NCBI GenBank assembly: GCA_963836205.1
Contig: CAWIIV010000006.1
Span: 448,001 to 512,000 of the forward strand
DNA from: an uncultured Acidimicrobiia bacterium
GTDB taxonomy: Bacteria > Actinomycetota > Acidimicrobiia > Acidimicrobiales > AC-14
DNA: 64,000 nucleotides
Direction: 5' to 3'
Shown: in pieces, positions 37,546-49,201 of the stretch
How the letters are laid out: each line of letters begins with the position of its first letter
Position numbering within the stretch: position 1 is the stretch's first letter
The notes under the pieces: generated by a model
The model's database searches: none
Told to the model about the DNA's origin: nothing
The model's input: only the letters and a program-made list of their open reading frames with translations
Translations under genes and position numbers: made by a program

Positions 37546-38290
37546 TCAGGTGTTGAGGGCGACCACCAGGCTGATGAGGTTGAACGAGGCGTGGGCCACG
37601 ATCCCCGGCCCGAGCCGACCGGTCTTGACGGCCAGGGCGGCCAAGGCCGCGCCGAAGGCAGCCAGGGAGGCCATGATCACGATCTGGGCGTCGAACGGCA
37701 GGTCCTGGGGGTGGGCCAGGCCGAAGAACACCGACGAGCCCACGATGGCCCACGTCGACCCCAGCCGCTTCTGGATCGAGCGCAGGAGCAGGCCCCGGAA
37801 GAACAGCTCCTCCACCAGGGGGGCGCCCACCACCGCCACCAGGATGACGCCGATGAGGGCGGCGCCCGTGGGCCTCGTTGATCAGGTCCTCCACCGGCCC
37901 CGACACCTCGGGCCGGCCGATGAACGGTCGCAGCAGGAGGGCGACGCCGGGCACGATCACCAGCTGGGCGGCGATGCCCACGCCGATCCCGAGGGCGAGG
38001 TCGATGCTGCTGGCGGCCCAGCCGAAGTCGCGGGTGAGGCTGCCCGAGCCCTTGCGCCGGGTGGCCAGCACCACGCTGCCCACCAGCCCGATCCACAGGC
38101 CCACCTGGCCGATGCCCTTGCCCCCCAGGCTCAGCTCCTCGTCGCCGCTGACCCCCATCCAGATCCCGGCCAGGACGCTCGACAGCAGCAGTCCCACGAA
38201 CATCCCCATGAGCACGTCGCCCAGGCCCCACCGGGGCGGAGGGCCGGCGTCGGCGTCGGCCGCGGGAACCTCGGGGGTCTCGGAAGCCAT
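37546..38290 (-). CDS. CPBP/Abi family intramembrane glutamic endopeptidase; apparent frameshift near 37865
   Basis: APLVEELFFRG, FGLAH, AHASFN; N-term PRWGLGD in another frame. Confidence 0.85.
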
Positions 38291-38331
38291 CGACCGTGGA
38301 GCCTACGGGCCGCGACCACAGCCGACCCGGC

Positions 38332-38382
38332 GATCCTGGGCTGGAAAAGGTGCGCGTGGCGCCCCTTTTCGTGCCCAGGAAC
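38332..38382. repeat. 51-bp imperfect palindrome, family B copy 1
   Basis: GATCCTGGGCTGGAAAAGGTGCGCGTGGCGCCCCTTTTCGTGCCCAGGAAC; related to 54389-54439. Confidence 0.75.
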
Positions 38383-38406
38383 CCGCAACCCGGGCCGCGG
38401 CGGGGG

Positions 38407-38661
38407 CTACGAGGCTTGTGCTTGCAGGTCGCCGGGGTCGGTGGCGGCCGTGGTGGGGCGGCTCCCGGCCCGTCGATCGTGGCCGGTCCAGCCCTTGGGG
38501 GCGGCCAGCCGGTCGGCGTGGCGGACGCAGAGGTCGATGGTGTGCGGTTCCTTGGCGCCCAAGTCGTCGAGCCAGACGGTGCTGGTCGCGTACTGGAAGC
38601 TGAGGGTGGCGCTGGCGGCGTCGCCGCATCCTGGACGGGCACACAGGCGAGGCCGCTGCAT
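38407..38661 (-). CDS. DUF3499 family protein
   Basis: CARPGC..ASATLSFQY...DLCVRHADRL.APKGW. Confidence 0.85.
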   Translation of the reverse strand: MQRPRLCARPGCGDAASATLSFQYATSTVWLDDLGAKEPHTIDLCVRHADRLAAPKGWTGHDRRAGSRPTTAATDPGDLQAQAS

Positions 38662-38745
38662 TCCACCACGGTACCGGCCGGTCGAGGATCGGCCGTGGAT
38701 GGTGGCGGCCCAGCTTCGACGCCCGGTGCCATTACCATTGCCGGC

Positions 38746-40779
<2,034 letters not shown>

Positions 40780-40928
40780 CCCGCTCGCGGGAGTGTCCAG
40801 CCGGTCGGGAAGGCCGCCAACCCAGGCCCGCTAACATCGAACCACGACCCGGACGACGCCGTCGCGTCCTCCTGTCGCCCCAAATCCGCACCCCGAATCA
40901 CGATCCGTTCTCGGAAAGACAGCCTGCC

Positions 40929-42239
40929 TTGAGTCGCTTCACCCCGGACGCCGCCGCCGCCCTCGATGGGCCGGGCTGGCTGCGCGCCCGCCGCACCGCC
41001 GCCGCCGAGCGCTTCGCGGCGGCAACCCTCCCCACCGAGGCGGAGGAGATCTGGCGCTACAGCCGGGTGTCGCAGATCGACCTCGACGCCTACACGCCCG
41101 CCACCAACGGCAGCCACGGTGACCACGGGGGCATGCCCCCCGGCCTGGCCGACGTGGTCGACCGGGCCGGCGCCCGCTCGGGGCTGCTCGTCCTCCACAA
41201 CGGCCGGGTGGTGGTGCGTGAGCTCGACCCCGCCCTGGCCGCCCGGGGCGTCGTCCTCGCCGACGCCCTCGACCTCCCCGACGGCAGCGGCGACGGCGTG
41301 CTGGCCGGCTCCGACACCGACGCCGACGCCTTCACCGAGCTCAACGGCGCCTTCCTGCGGGGCGTCGCCTACCTGCGGGTGCCGCCGGGCGTGGAGGTGG
41401 CCGACCCCGTCCTGATCCTGCACTGGTTCGACGGTGACGCCACGGCCTCGTTCCCCCGCACCGTGCTCTCCGCGGGCGAGGACAGCCAGGTGACGGTGGT
41501 CGAGCACCAGGCGTCGGCCGACGTCATGGCCCTGGTCGACCCGGTGCTGCAGATCGACGTGGCCAACGCCGCCCGCCTGCGTTACCTCAACGTCCAGGAG
41601 CTGGGCCCGCGCGTCTCGCAGGTCGGCTACCAGGCCAGCCGCATCGGGCGCGACGGCAGCCTCTCGTCGTCGGTCGTGGCCCTCGGGGGCGACTACGCCC
41701 GGGTCCGCACCGACTCCCGCATCGACGGCAAGGGGGGATCGGCCGACCTCAACGCGGTCTACTTCACCGACCGCGAGCGGATGCACGACTTCCGCACCCT
41801 GCAGGACCACGCGGCCCCGTCCACCACCAGCAACCTGCTGTTCAAGGGGGCGGTGCAGGACCACGGCCGGTCGGTGTACTCGGGGATGATCCGGGTGCGG
41901 CCCGAGGCCCGGGGCACCAACGCCTTCCAGACCAACCGCAACCTGGTCCTGTCGGAGGGGGCGGGGGCCGAGTCGGTGCCCAACCTGGAGATCCTCACCG
42001 ACGACGTCAGTTGCAGCCACGCCTCCGCCGTCGGGCCGGTCGACGAGGACCAGCTGTACTACCTCGAGAGCAGGGGCGTCCCCCCGGTGGCGGCCGAGCG
42101 CCTCATCGTCATGGGCTTCCTCGGCGAGGTGCTCGACCGGCTGCCCAGCCCGAGCCTCGTGGCCGGCCTCAAGGCCGCCATCGGCCGCCGGCTCGCCTCC
42201 CGCGACGAAGCGCCGGCCGCGGCCGCGGTGTCGCAATGA
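40929..42239 (+). CDS. sufD: Fe-S cluster assembly protein SufD
   Basis: LPT.AEEIWRYS, FRTLQDH, VPNLEI..DDVSCSHASAVGPVDEDQLYYLESRG. Confidence 0.92.
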   Translation: MSRFTPDAAAALDGPGWLRARRTAAAERFAAATLPTEAEEIWRYSRVSQIDLDAYTPATNGSHGDHGGMPPGLADVVDRAGARSGLLVLHNGRVVVRELDPALAARGVVLADALDLPDGSGDGVLAGSDTDADAFTELNGAFLRGVAYLRVPPGVEVADPVLILHWFDGDATASFPRTVLSAGEDSQVTVVEHQASADVMALVDPVLQIDVANAARLRYLNVQELGPRVSQVGYQASRIGRDGSLSSSVVALGGDYARVRTDSRIDGKGGSADLNAVYFTDRERMHDFRTLQDHAAPSTTSNLLFKGAVQDHGRSVYSGMIRVRPEARGTNAFQTNRNLVLSEGAGAESVPNLEILTDDVSCSHASAVGPVDEDQLYYLESRGVPPVAAERLIVMGFLGEVLDRLPSPSLVAGLKAAIGRRLASRDEAPAAAAVSQ

Positions 42240-42252
42240 TCAAGGGGTCGCG

Positions 42253-42588
42253 ATGATGTCGTCCACGACCGCCGTGCGGCTCTGCGCGGCCGACGAGATG
42301 GCGGCCGGCACCGCCCGCCGCTTCGACGTGGGCAAGCTCCGCATCGCCCTCGTCCGCATCGGCGACGACTTCCACGCGGTGGGCGACCGTTGCAGCCACG
42401 CCGACTTCTCCCTGTCCGAGGGCGAGGTCTGGCCCGACGAGTGCGAGATCGAGTGCTGGAAGCACGGCAGCACGTTCTCCCTCCTCACCGGCCAGCCCCA
42501 GTCGCTGCCGGCAATCCAGGCCATCCCGGTCTACAAGGTCCGGGTCGACGACGGCGACGTGATGGTGGAGCTGCCCAAGCATGAGTGA
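42253..42588 (+). CDS. Rieske-type ferredoxin
   Basis: CSH and CWKH ligand motifs. Confidence 0.92.
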   Translation: MMSSTTAVRLCAADEMAAGTARRFDVGKLRIALVRIGDDFHAVGDRCSHADFSLSEGEVWPDECEIECWKHGSTFSLLTGQPQSLPAIQAIPVYKVRVDDGDVMVELPKHE

Positions 42589-43330
42589 GCTCAAGGTCAC
42601 GGGCCTCAAGGCCGGTATCGACGGGCAGGACATCCTGCGCGGCATCGACGTGTCGGTGGCCAGCGGCCAGGTGCACGCGGTCATGGGCCCCAACGGGTCG
42701 GGCAAGTCCACCCTGGCCAACGTGATCATGGGCCGGGCCGGCTACCACGTGACCGCGGGGTCGATCACGCTCGACGGCGTCGAGCTGCTGGGGATGCCGG
42801 TGTGGGAGCGGGCCCAGGCGGGCCTGTTCCTGGCCATGCAGTACCCGAGCGAGGTGCCGGGCGTGTCCCTGGAGGACGCCCTGGCCGCCGCCCTCGAAGC
42901 CCGGGGCGAGGACATCGGCGACCTGCGGGAGCGGGTGGCGGCCGAGGCCGAGCGCATCGGGCTGCCGCCGGCCCTGCTCGACCGGGCCCTCAACGTCGAC
43001 CTGTCGGGCGGCGAGAAGAAGCGCAACGAGACCCTCCAGCTCGGCATCCTCGGCCCCAAGATCGCGGTGCTCGACGAGATCGACTCCGGCCTCGACGTCG
43101 ACGCCCTGCGGGCCGTCAGCCGCCGGGTGGAGACGATCACCAACGAGATGGGCGTGGGGGTGCTGGTCATCACCCACTACAGCCGGCTGCTGCGGGAGCT
43201 CAAGCCCGACGTGGTGTCGGTGCTGCGGGCCGGCCGCATCGTCGACTCCGGGGGTCCCGAGCTGGCCGAGGAGCTCGAGCGCACCGGCTACGCCGGCTAC
43301 GAGCCTGAGTCGAACGGCCTCACGGCCTGA
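42581..43330 (+). CDS. sufC: Fe-S assembly ATPase SufC (copy 1)
   Basis: MGPNGSGKSTL, LAMQYP.EVPGV, LSGGEKKRNE, DEIDSGLD, ITHY. Confidence 0.93.
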   Translation: MSELKVTGLKAGIDGQDILRGIDVSVASGQVHAVMGPNGSGKSTLANVIMGRAGYHVTAGSITLDGVELLGMPVWERAQAGLFLAMQYPSEVPGVSLEDALAAALEARGEDIGDLRERVAAEAERIGLPPALLDRALNVDLSGGEKKRNETLQLGILGPKIAVLDEIDSGLDVDALRAVSRRVETITNEMGVGVLVITHYSRLLRELKPDVVSVLRAGRIVDSGGPELAEELERTGYAGYEPESNGLTA

Positions 43331-43336
43331 GTCGTT

Positions 43337-44266
43337 CTACGGCTGGGTTGTCACGCCTGGCGCCACGGCCGACGGGAGGGTGATCGTCGGGGCGGGGGCG
43401 AGGGGCTCGGGTGGGGCTTCGGGCTGCGGGGGGCCGATCACGTCGCCCACCCCACCCGACACGTACACCGGCCAGCCGTTGCCCACGATGGTGGGGAACC
43501 AGTCGGCCGCGTTCATCGGGATGCGCACGCAGCCGTGGGACGCGGGGTAGCCGGGCACCGAGTAGGCCCCGTGGAAGGCGATCCCGCCGTTGAAGTAGAG
43601 CGGGTTGTAGAGGTCGCCCAGGGGACCGGTCTCCCAGCCCGACGCCACCCGGTAGACGCTGTAGGCGCCCCGGGGGGTGACAGCGTACCGGCACCAGCCC
43701 TCGGAGCAGAAGCGTTCCTCGGAGCCGCTGGAGACGGGGACGATGCGGGTGAGCGAGCCGCCCTGGTAGAGGAAGAGGACCTGGCGACCGAGGTCGACCT
43801 CGACCCGATTGGGGCCACCCTGGGGGGCGAGGGCGGCGTGGGTGCCGGGGTCGGCGGCCATGGCGGCCACGATGTCGTCGGTGGCCCGGCCGTCGCGGCC
43901 GAAGCCGTGGACCTTCTGGAAGGCCATCACCGCGTACATGGTGACCTTGTCGAACGTACCGTCGAGGTCGCCCACGTCGTAGTGGAGGGCGTCGAGGCGC
44001 TGCTCGAGGGCGAGCACGGCGGCTCCGCTGTCGCCCTGGCCCAGGCCGGGCGGGGGCGGCTCCTCGGCCACGACCGGTGCGACGGTGGTCGACGTGGAGG
44101 TGGTGGTCGACGAGGTGGTGCTGGTGGACGTGGAGGTGGAGGTGGACGGGGTCAGGGCGCCGGCCGCGTCGGTGACGGCCGGCGGGCCCGAGCTGCAGGC
44201 GGCCAGGACAAGGGCGGCGGCGAGGGCGAGCGCGGCGAGGGCAGGGCCCGGCAGGCGGTGGGTCAC
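43337..44266 (-). CDS. L,D-transpeptidase lipoprotein (second paralogue)
   Basis: LAAC lipobox, PG-binding domain, IAFHG..ASHGCVR. Confidence 0.9.
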   Translation of the reverse strand: MTHRLPGPALAALALAAALVLAACSSGPPAVTDAAGALTPSTSTSTSTSTTSSTTTSTSTTVAPVVAEEPPPPGLGQGDSGAAVLALEQRLDALHYDVGDLDGTFDKVTMYAVMAFQKVHGFGRDGRATDDIVAAMAADPGTHAALAPQGGPNRVEVDLGRQVLFLYQGGSLTRIVPVSSGSEERFCSEGWCRYAVTPRGAYSVYRVASGWETGPLGDLYNPLYFNGGIAFHGAYSVPGYPASHGCVRIPMNAADWFPTIVGNGWPVYVSGGVGDVIGPPQPEAPPEPLAPAPTITLPSAVAPGVTTQP

Positions 44267-45774
44267 GGGTGGGGGACCTTCTCCGGGCCCTGGTTCACGA
44301 ACGTGTTGATGAAGCGCTCGATGGTGTCGGCCTCGACCGACCCGCACAGGAGGCGGGCGTGCCAGGCCGTGGCCGCCACCGGCGTCTCGATCGCCGGGCG
44401 GGGCACGAGGAGGATGTCGCGGGCGTGCCTGGCACCCACGTCGCGCAGGGTGGCGAGGCTCTGCTCGTCGAGGTCGGGCCGGTACCAGAGCACCACGTAG
44501 CCGTGCTCCATGGCGTGGACGATCTGGCCGTCGGGCGGCGCGGTGGCCTCGGTGAAGACGCCGGCCCCGGCTGCCTGCGGCGTGTGGTTTCCACCCGACG
44601 GGGGGTTGAGCCTGTAGGTCGGATTGGGGACGTGGTTGCGGCCGATGCCGCCGTCGGAATCGCTCTCCCGGTCGAACTGGCACGACGCCGTCTCGAACTC
44701 GGACGCCTGCTGGCTGCGCTCCCGGCGGTCGGTGGTGATCACGAACGCCACCAAAAGGAGGATCGCCACCACCCCACCGGCCAGCAGGGCCTGGTTGCGG
44801 ATGCTCCGCCTCCGCCGGGCGGCAGCCGCCGCCGCCAGCCGTTCTTCCCGGGTGAGGCCGCCGCGGGGGCGACCCTTGCCCCCCTCGGGAGCAGCGGCCG
44901 GAGCCGGCTTGGAGGGCGACGACGCCTTCGCCGAGCCGGCGGCCTTGCCTGTCGCCGACGCCGTGGCCGCCGCTGTCGCGGAGCCCGACTTGGCCGCCGG
45001 GCCCGCCTTGGCCGCCTTGGCCGCGGCCTTCGCCTTGGCCGCCCCGCCGGTCCCTGCGGCCGGGCCCCCCGGCTTGGCCGCCCCGCCGGTCCCTGCCGGG
45101 CCGCTGGGCTTGCTGGTGCCCGGGCCGCCCGCCTTGCTGTTGCCCGGGCCGCCCACCTCGGTGGCCGAGCCGCCCGCCCTTGGGGTGGCCGCGCCGGCCG
45201 ACGGGGGGGTGCCGGGCTTCCCCGGGCCGGCCTGGGCCTTGCCGGTGCTCCCGCCCTGAGACGTGCCCGGTCTGGCCGGGCCGGCCTGGGGCTTGCCGGT
45301 GCTCACGCCCTGAGACGTGCCCGGTCTGGCCGGGCCGGCCTGGGGCTTGCCGGTGCTCACGCCCTGAGACGTGCCCGGTTTGGCCGGGCCGGCCTGGGGC
45401 TTGCCGGTGCTCCCGCCCTGAGACGTGCCCGGTTTGGCCGGGCCGGCCTGGGCCTTGCTTGCGCTCCCGGCCTGGGAGGCGCCGGGCTTGTCCGGGCCAC
45501 CCTCCTGCGACTTGGCGGCGGCCGGCGGAGCGGCAGGCCCGGCCGGACTGCCCTCCTGCGGCGTGGCCGCCGCGGCGGCGGCGCCGGGCCCGGCCGGGCT
45601 CCCCGCCTGAGGGGTGCCGGGCTTGGCCGCGTCGTTCGCCGCGGGCGCGCCGGGCTTGGCCGTTCCGGTGGCCTTGGGGTTCGTCGGCTTGGGGATGGTG
45701 ACGCGCTTGGCCGGATTCGCCGGCCGATTCGCCGCTCCCCGACCCTTCCCCGGACCCTTCTTCTTGGCGGCCAT
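44263..45774 (-). CDS. DUF3105 protein with long basic Ala/Gly/Pro/Lys-rich N-terminus
   Basis: NPPSGGNH, VHAMEHGYVVLWY, ATAW, GPEK; one TM helix. Confidence 0.85.
   Translation of the reverse strand: MAAKKKGPGKGRGAANRPANPAKRVTIPKPTNPKATGTAKPGAPAANDAAKPGTPQAGSPAGPGAAAAAATPQEGSPAGPAAPPAAAKSQEGGPDKPGASQAGSASKAQAGPAKPGTSQGGSTGKPQAGPAKPGTSQGVSTGKPQAGPARPGTSQGVSTGKPQAGPARPGTSQGGSTGKAQAGPGKPGTPPSAGAATPRAGGSATEVGGPGNSKAGGPGTSKPSGPAGTGGAAKPGGPAAGTGGAAKAKAAAKAAKAGPAAKSGSATAAATASATGKAAGSAKASSPSKPAPAAAPEGGKGRPRGGLTREERLAAAAAARRRRSIRNQALLAGGVVAILLLVAFVITTDRRERSQQASEFETASCQFDRESDSDGGIGRNHVPNPTYRLNPPSGGNHTPQAAGAGVFTEATAPPDGQIVHAMEHGYVVLWYRPDLDEQSLATLRDVGARHARDILLVPRPAIETPVAATAWHARLLCGSVEADTIERFINTFVNQGPEKVPHP
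45222..45458 (-). repeat. 54-bp coding tandem repeat (about 4.4 copies, 18 aa)
   Basis: Units start at 45222, 45276, 45330, 45384, 45438 and encode QAGPAKPGTSQGGSTGKP-like repeats. Confidence 0.92.
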
Positions 45775-45816
45775 CGCCGGGCGACAGTACCCCCCGGAGG
45801 TGCCTACAGTGCGGCC

Positions 45817-46299
45817 ATGCTCGCTCGAGGCGCCCGGGCACCGTCGTTCACCCTCCCCGACATCGACACCGGCGAGCCCGTTTCCAACCCCTGGACGGAC
45901 GGGTCCGAGCGCACCGTCCTCGCCTTCTTCAAGGCCACCTGCCCCGTCTGCCAGATGGCGGCGCCCGTGGTGCGGGCCATGGCCGACTCCGGCGCCCGGG
46001 TGGTGGCGGTGGGCGAGGACCCGGCTCCCACGCTGGCCCGATACCGCGACAAATGGCGCCAGACCGTACCCACCCTCAGCGAACCCGCCCCCTACCGGGT
46101 GTCGGGCGCGTACGACCTGGTGAGCGTCCCCAGCCTCTACTTGGTCGACCGCGACGGCACCGTCGTCGACTCCGTCCTCGGGTGGGACCGCGACGAGTGG
46201 AACCGGGTGTCGCTCGCCGCCGGCGGCCGTCCCGTCTCCGCCCACGGCGACGGTCTGCCCGCCTTCCGCCCCGGCTGAGGCAGCCGCAACCGCCACTGA
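45817..46299 (+). CDS. TlpA/peroxiredoxin-like redoxin, probable selenoprotein (UGA at 46276-46278)
   Basis: FFKATCPVCQ; C-term FRPG-TGA-GSRNRH*; hairpin with GGUC loop follows. Without recoding it ends at 46278. Confidence 0.85.
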
Positions 46300-46313
46300 C
46301 CCGGTCGGGCAGT
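46295..46313 (+). promoter_or_regulatory. Candidate bacterial SECIS hairpin
   Basis: ACUG-A-CCC-GGUC-GGG-CAGU; apical loop 24 nt after the UGA, same GGUC core as the E. coli fdhF SECIS. Confidence 0.65.
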
Positions 46314-46345
46314 CTCAACAGGTTGACAGTGATTGTGGGATGAAA

Positions 46346-46366
46346 CTTGAGTCAGTCGTTGTTAAC
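46346..46366 (+). promoter_or_regulatory. Degenerate HAIR (HspR) site upstream of hsp20
   Basis: CTTGAGT-N7-TGTTAAC versus consensus CTTGAGT-N7-ACTCAAG; TTGACA at 46323. Confidence 0.5.
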
Positions 46367-46407
46367 TCTCAGCGAGGCACCATCACCGATCCTGAGAGGA
46401 ACACCGA

Positions 46408-46800
46408 ATGCAGAAGCAGAACTGGCTCCGTCCGGCGACCATGCCGATGGACGCCTACCGTCACGAGAACAACCTGGTCATCAGCTTCGACCTGCCCGGC
46501 GTCGACGCCGACGCGGTCGAGGTCACCGTCGACAACAAGACGCTCAAGGTCGTATCGCCCCGCCCCCGGCCCACCGCCGAGGGCATCCAGTGGCTGACCG
46601 CCGAGCGTCCCTACGGCACGTCCACCTGCCAGCTGCCCCTGGGCGATGGCGTCGACCTCGACGCCCTCCAGGCCCACGTGGCCGACGGCGTGCTCACCAT
46701 CACCATCCCGCTGATCGAGGGAGCCAGCCGCCGCATCGAGGTCACACGCGGGAGCGAGGCAGCCCCCGCCGAGCGCGTCGAGACTCCCGCCGCGGCCTAG
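46408..46800 (+). CDS. Hsp20/alpha-crystallin small heat shock protein
   Basis: MPMDAYR, FDLPGVD, ERPYG, DGVLTITIP. Confidence 0.93.
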   Translation: MQKQNWLRPATMPMDAYRHENNLVISFDLPGVDADAVEVTVDNKTLKVVSPRPRPTAEGIQWLTAERPYGTSTCQLPLGDGVDLDALQAHVADGVLTITIPLIEGASRRIEVTRGSEAAPAERVETPAAA

Positions 46801-46875
46801 TCGCCACCCCCAGCTACGCCCGTCGGCCCCGGCGACGTCGCCGGGGCCGACCCGCGTGCCGACGGCCGGGGGGAG

Positions 46876-48153
46876 TCAGACAGGGTCGTCGAGGGCGGCG
46901 GCCAGGTCAGGGCGGACGGCTCTCGCCACCAGCACCACGGCCAGGAACAAGCCCGCCCCGGCGAACGTGACCCGCCGCAGGCCGAAGCGGTCGCCCAGCG
47001 CCCCCTGGAGCACGGCCCCGATGGGATACACGACCCCCAGTGCCACCATGTAGAGGCTGAGGATGCGGGCCCGCAGGCTGGCGGGCGCCCGCAGCTGCAC
47101 CACCGTGCCCAGGCCGGAGAGGATGCCGATGTAGCCCGCCCCCACTCCGGCCAGGGCGAGGGTGGCCAGCGGCAGCGACGGCGCCAGCGCGTACAGGGCC
47201 AGCATGCCGGGCAAGACCACCAGGTCGACCATCAGCACCGGCCGCCGGCCGTAGCGGCGGGCCAGGGGCGCCATGGCCAGGGCCCCGGCCACGGCCCCCA
47301 CGCCCTGGGCCGTCACCAGGATCGACGTCCCCCGCTCCCCGGCGTCGAACAGCTTGATGGCCACCGCCGGGATGAGGGCGATGAACGGTGACAGGAGCAG
47401 GGCGGCCACCGCGATGGCGAAGATGGCGGCCCGGCACCCGGGCTCGGACCACGCCCCCCGCGCCCCGGTGGCGATCCGCCGGCCGATGCCACCGGTCTCG
47501 TCGGGGTCGGGACGGGGCGGAGGCAGGCGGACGAGGGCGATGGCCACGAAGACGGCCCCGAACGAGAGGGCGTTGAGGACGAAGGCGAACGTGTACGACC
47601 CCAGCGCCAGCACCAGCCCGGCCAGGGCGGGTCCGACCACCCGGCCCAGGTTGTACTGCGCCGACGAGAGGGAGATGGCGCCCAGCAGGTCGTCCTTGGG
47701 CACCAGGTCGGGGAGGATGGCCTGGTAGGCGGGGAACCCGAAGGCGGCCATGCAGCCCCCGCCGAGGGCGACCACGGCCAGGTTGGCGGGCGTCACCGTC
47801 CCGGTGGCGGCCAGCACCGCCAGCAGCGCGGCGAAGCCCATCTCGCCCAGCGTGGTGAGCAGGAGCAGGCGCCGGCGGTCGGCCCGGTCGGCCAGCACGC
47901 CTCCCACCGGCGACAGCAGGCCGATGGGCAGGAAGGCGGCCGCCGCCACCAGGCCCGTCCACCGGGCCTGGCCGGTGAGCTCGGTGACGAGGACCCCGAT
48001 GGCCACCGTCTGCACCCACGACCCGATGTTGGAGACGAGCGCGGCGGTCCAGACGAGGGCGAAGTCGCGGTGGCCCAGCGGCTTGAGGGACGTGAGGCCG
48101 AGCAGGCCCCGCCGGGCAACGGCGGCCGGCGGCGGCGGCTCCTCGGGGATCAC
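46876..48153 (-). CDS. MFS transporter (MFS_3/DHA3-like)
   Basis: FALVW..LVSNIGSWVQ, GVLADRADRRRLL, RVVGPALAG; about 12 TM helices. Confidence 0.92.
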   Translation of the reverse strand: MIPEEPPPPAAVARRGLLGLTSLKPLGHRDFALVWTAALVSNIGSWVQTVAIGVLVTELTGQARWTGLVAAAAFLPIGLLSPVGGVLADRADRRRLLLLTTLGEMGFAALLAVLAATGTVTPANLAVVALGGGCMAAFGFPAYQAILPDLVPKDDLLGAISLSSAQYNLGRVVGPALAGLVLALGSYTFAFVLNALSFGAVFVAIALVRLPPPRPDPDETGGIGRRIATGARGAWSEPGCRAAIFAIAVAALLLSPFIALIPAVAIKLFDAGERGTSILVTAQGVGAVAGALAMAPLARRYGRRPVLMVDLVVLPGMLALYALAPSLPLATLALAGVGAGYIGILSGLGTVVQLRAPASLRARILSLYMVALGVVYPIGAVLQGALGDRFGLRRVTFAGAGLFLAVVLVARAVRPDLAAALDDPV

Positions 48154-49028
48154 AGGCCGGGATCGGGAGCCTGGTAGCGGGCCTCCAGCCCGTAGTGGTC
48201 GTCGAGGCGGACGACGCGGTTGAAGTCGTCGAACGTGGTCAGCATGCCGAGGTCGTCGCGCAGCGTGCCCTTGGCCGCCAGCACCCCGTAGGCGCTCGCC
48301 AGCGCCCTCGCCGCCGCGAACAAGCCGGTCAGGGGGGACACGATCAGGTCGAACCCGAGCTCGTGCAGCTCGGACGGGGTCATCAGCGGGGTCCGGCCGG
48401 CCTCGATCATGTTCGCCACTCGCACCACGCCGGGGGTGGCGTCGACCACCGCCCGCATCTCGTCGACCGACTCGGGAGCCTCCACGAAGACGGCGTCGAC
48501 GCCCAGGGCGGCCGCCGCCTGGGCCCGGGCGATGGCCTCGTCGAGGCCGACCGCGGACCGGGCGTCGGTGCGGGCCACCACGATCAGGCCCTGGGTGCGG
48601 GCGTCGAGCGCCGCCTCCAGCTTGGAGAGCCAGTCACCCCGGGGGACGACACGCTTGCCCGCCATGTGCCCGCACTTCTTGGGCCACACCTGGTCCTCCA
48701 GGAAGATGCCCGCCCCGCCGGCCGACTCGAACAACTCCACCGTGCGCCGGGTGTTGAGGGCGTTGCCGTACCCGGTGTCGGCGTCGACGATCACGGCCGT
48801 CTCCGGCGCCGCCCGACACACCCGCCGGGCCACGTCCGCCATCTCCCCCTGGGTCAGGTACCCGAAGTCGGGCAGCCCGAGGAGGCTGGCCGACGTGGCG
48901 TACCCGGAGAGGAAGGCCACCGGAAACCCGGCATCGGCCGCCAACCGCGCCGACAGCGCGTCGTACACGCCCGGCATGAGCACCGTCTCCCCCGCCGCGA
49001 GGAGCGACCGGATGCGATCACCGTCCAT
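48150..49028 (-). CDS. Isocitrate lyase/PEP mutase family enzyme (PrpB-like)
   Basis: PGVYDALSA, DADTGYG, EDQVWPKKCGH, ARTDA. Confidence 0.92.
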   Translation of the reverse strand: MDGDRIRSLLAAGETVLMPGVYDALSARLAADAGFPVAFLSGYATSASLLGLPDFGYLTQGEMADVARRVCRAAPETAVIVDADTGYGNALNTRRTVELFESAGGAGIFLEDQVWPKKCGHMAGKRVVPRGDWLSKLEAALDARTQGLIVVARTDARSAVGLDEAIARAQAAAALGVDAVFVEAPESVDEMRAVVDATPGVVRVANMIEAGRTPLMTPSELHELGFDLIVSPLTGLFAAARALASAYGVLAAKGTLRDDLGMLTTFDDFNRVVRLDDHYGLEARYQAPDPGL

Positions 49029-49089
49029 CGGCCGACAGTAGGCCGCCCCGGAACCGCCAGTCCCCTCCGCCGGCGCAGTTCGCCGGCGG

Positions 49090-49171
49090 ACCGACAGGCC
49101 GCCGCAGGCCTTGGCCTGTCGGAACGACAAGCAGCGCGCCGAAGGCGGTCAACGCGGTGGCCTCTGACGTT
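49090..49171 (+). repeat. Solo homologue of the secA-prfB repeat unit
   Basis: Shares ACCGAC...CTTGG...GTCGGAAC, GCAGC, CGCCGAAGGCGG and GCCTYTGACGTT with the minus strand of 9404-9764. Confidence 0.75.
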
Positions 49172-49179
49172 CGGGGGCC

Positions 49180-49199
49180 GTCGGGGGCGAGCCCCCGAC
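49180..49199 (-). terminator. GC hairpin right after the lipoprotein stop
   Basis: GTCGGGGG-CGAG-CCCCCGAC; no U tract. Confidence 0.45.
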
Positions 49200-49201
49200 T
49201 G

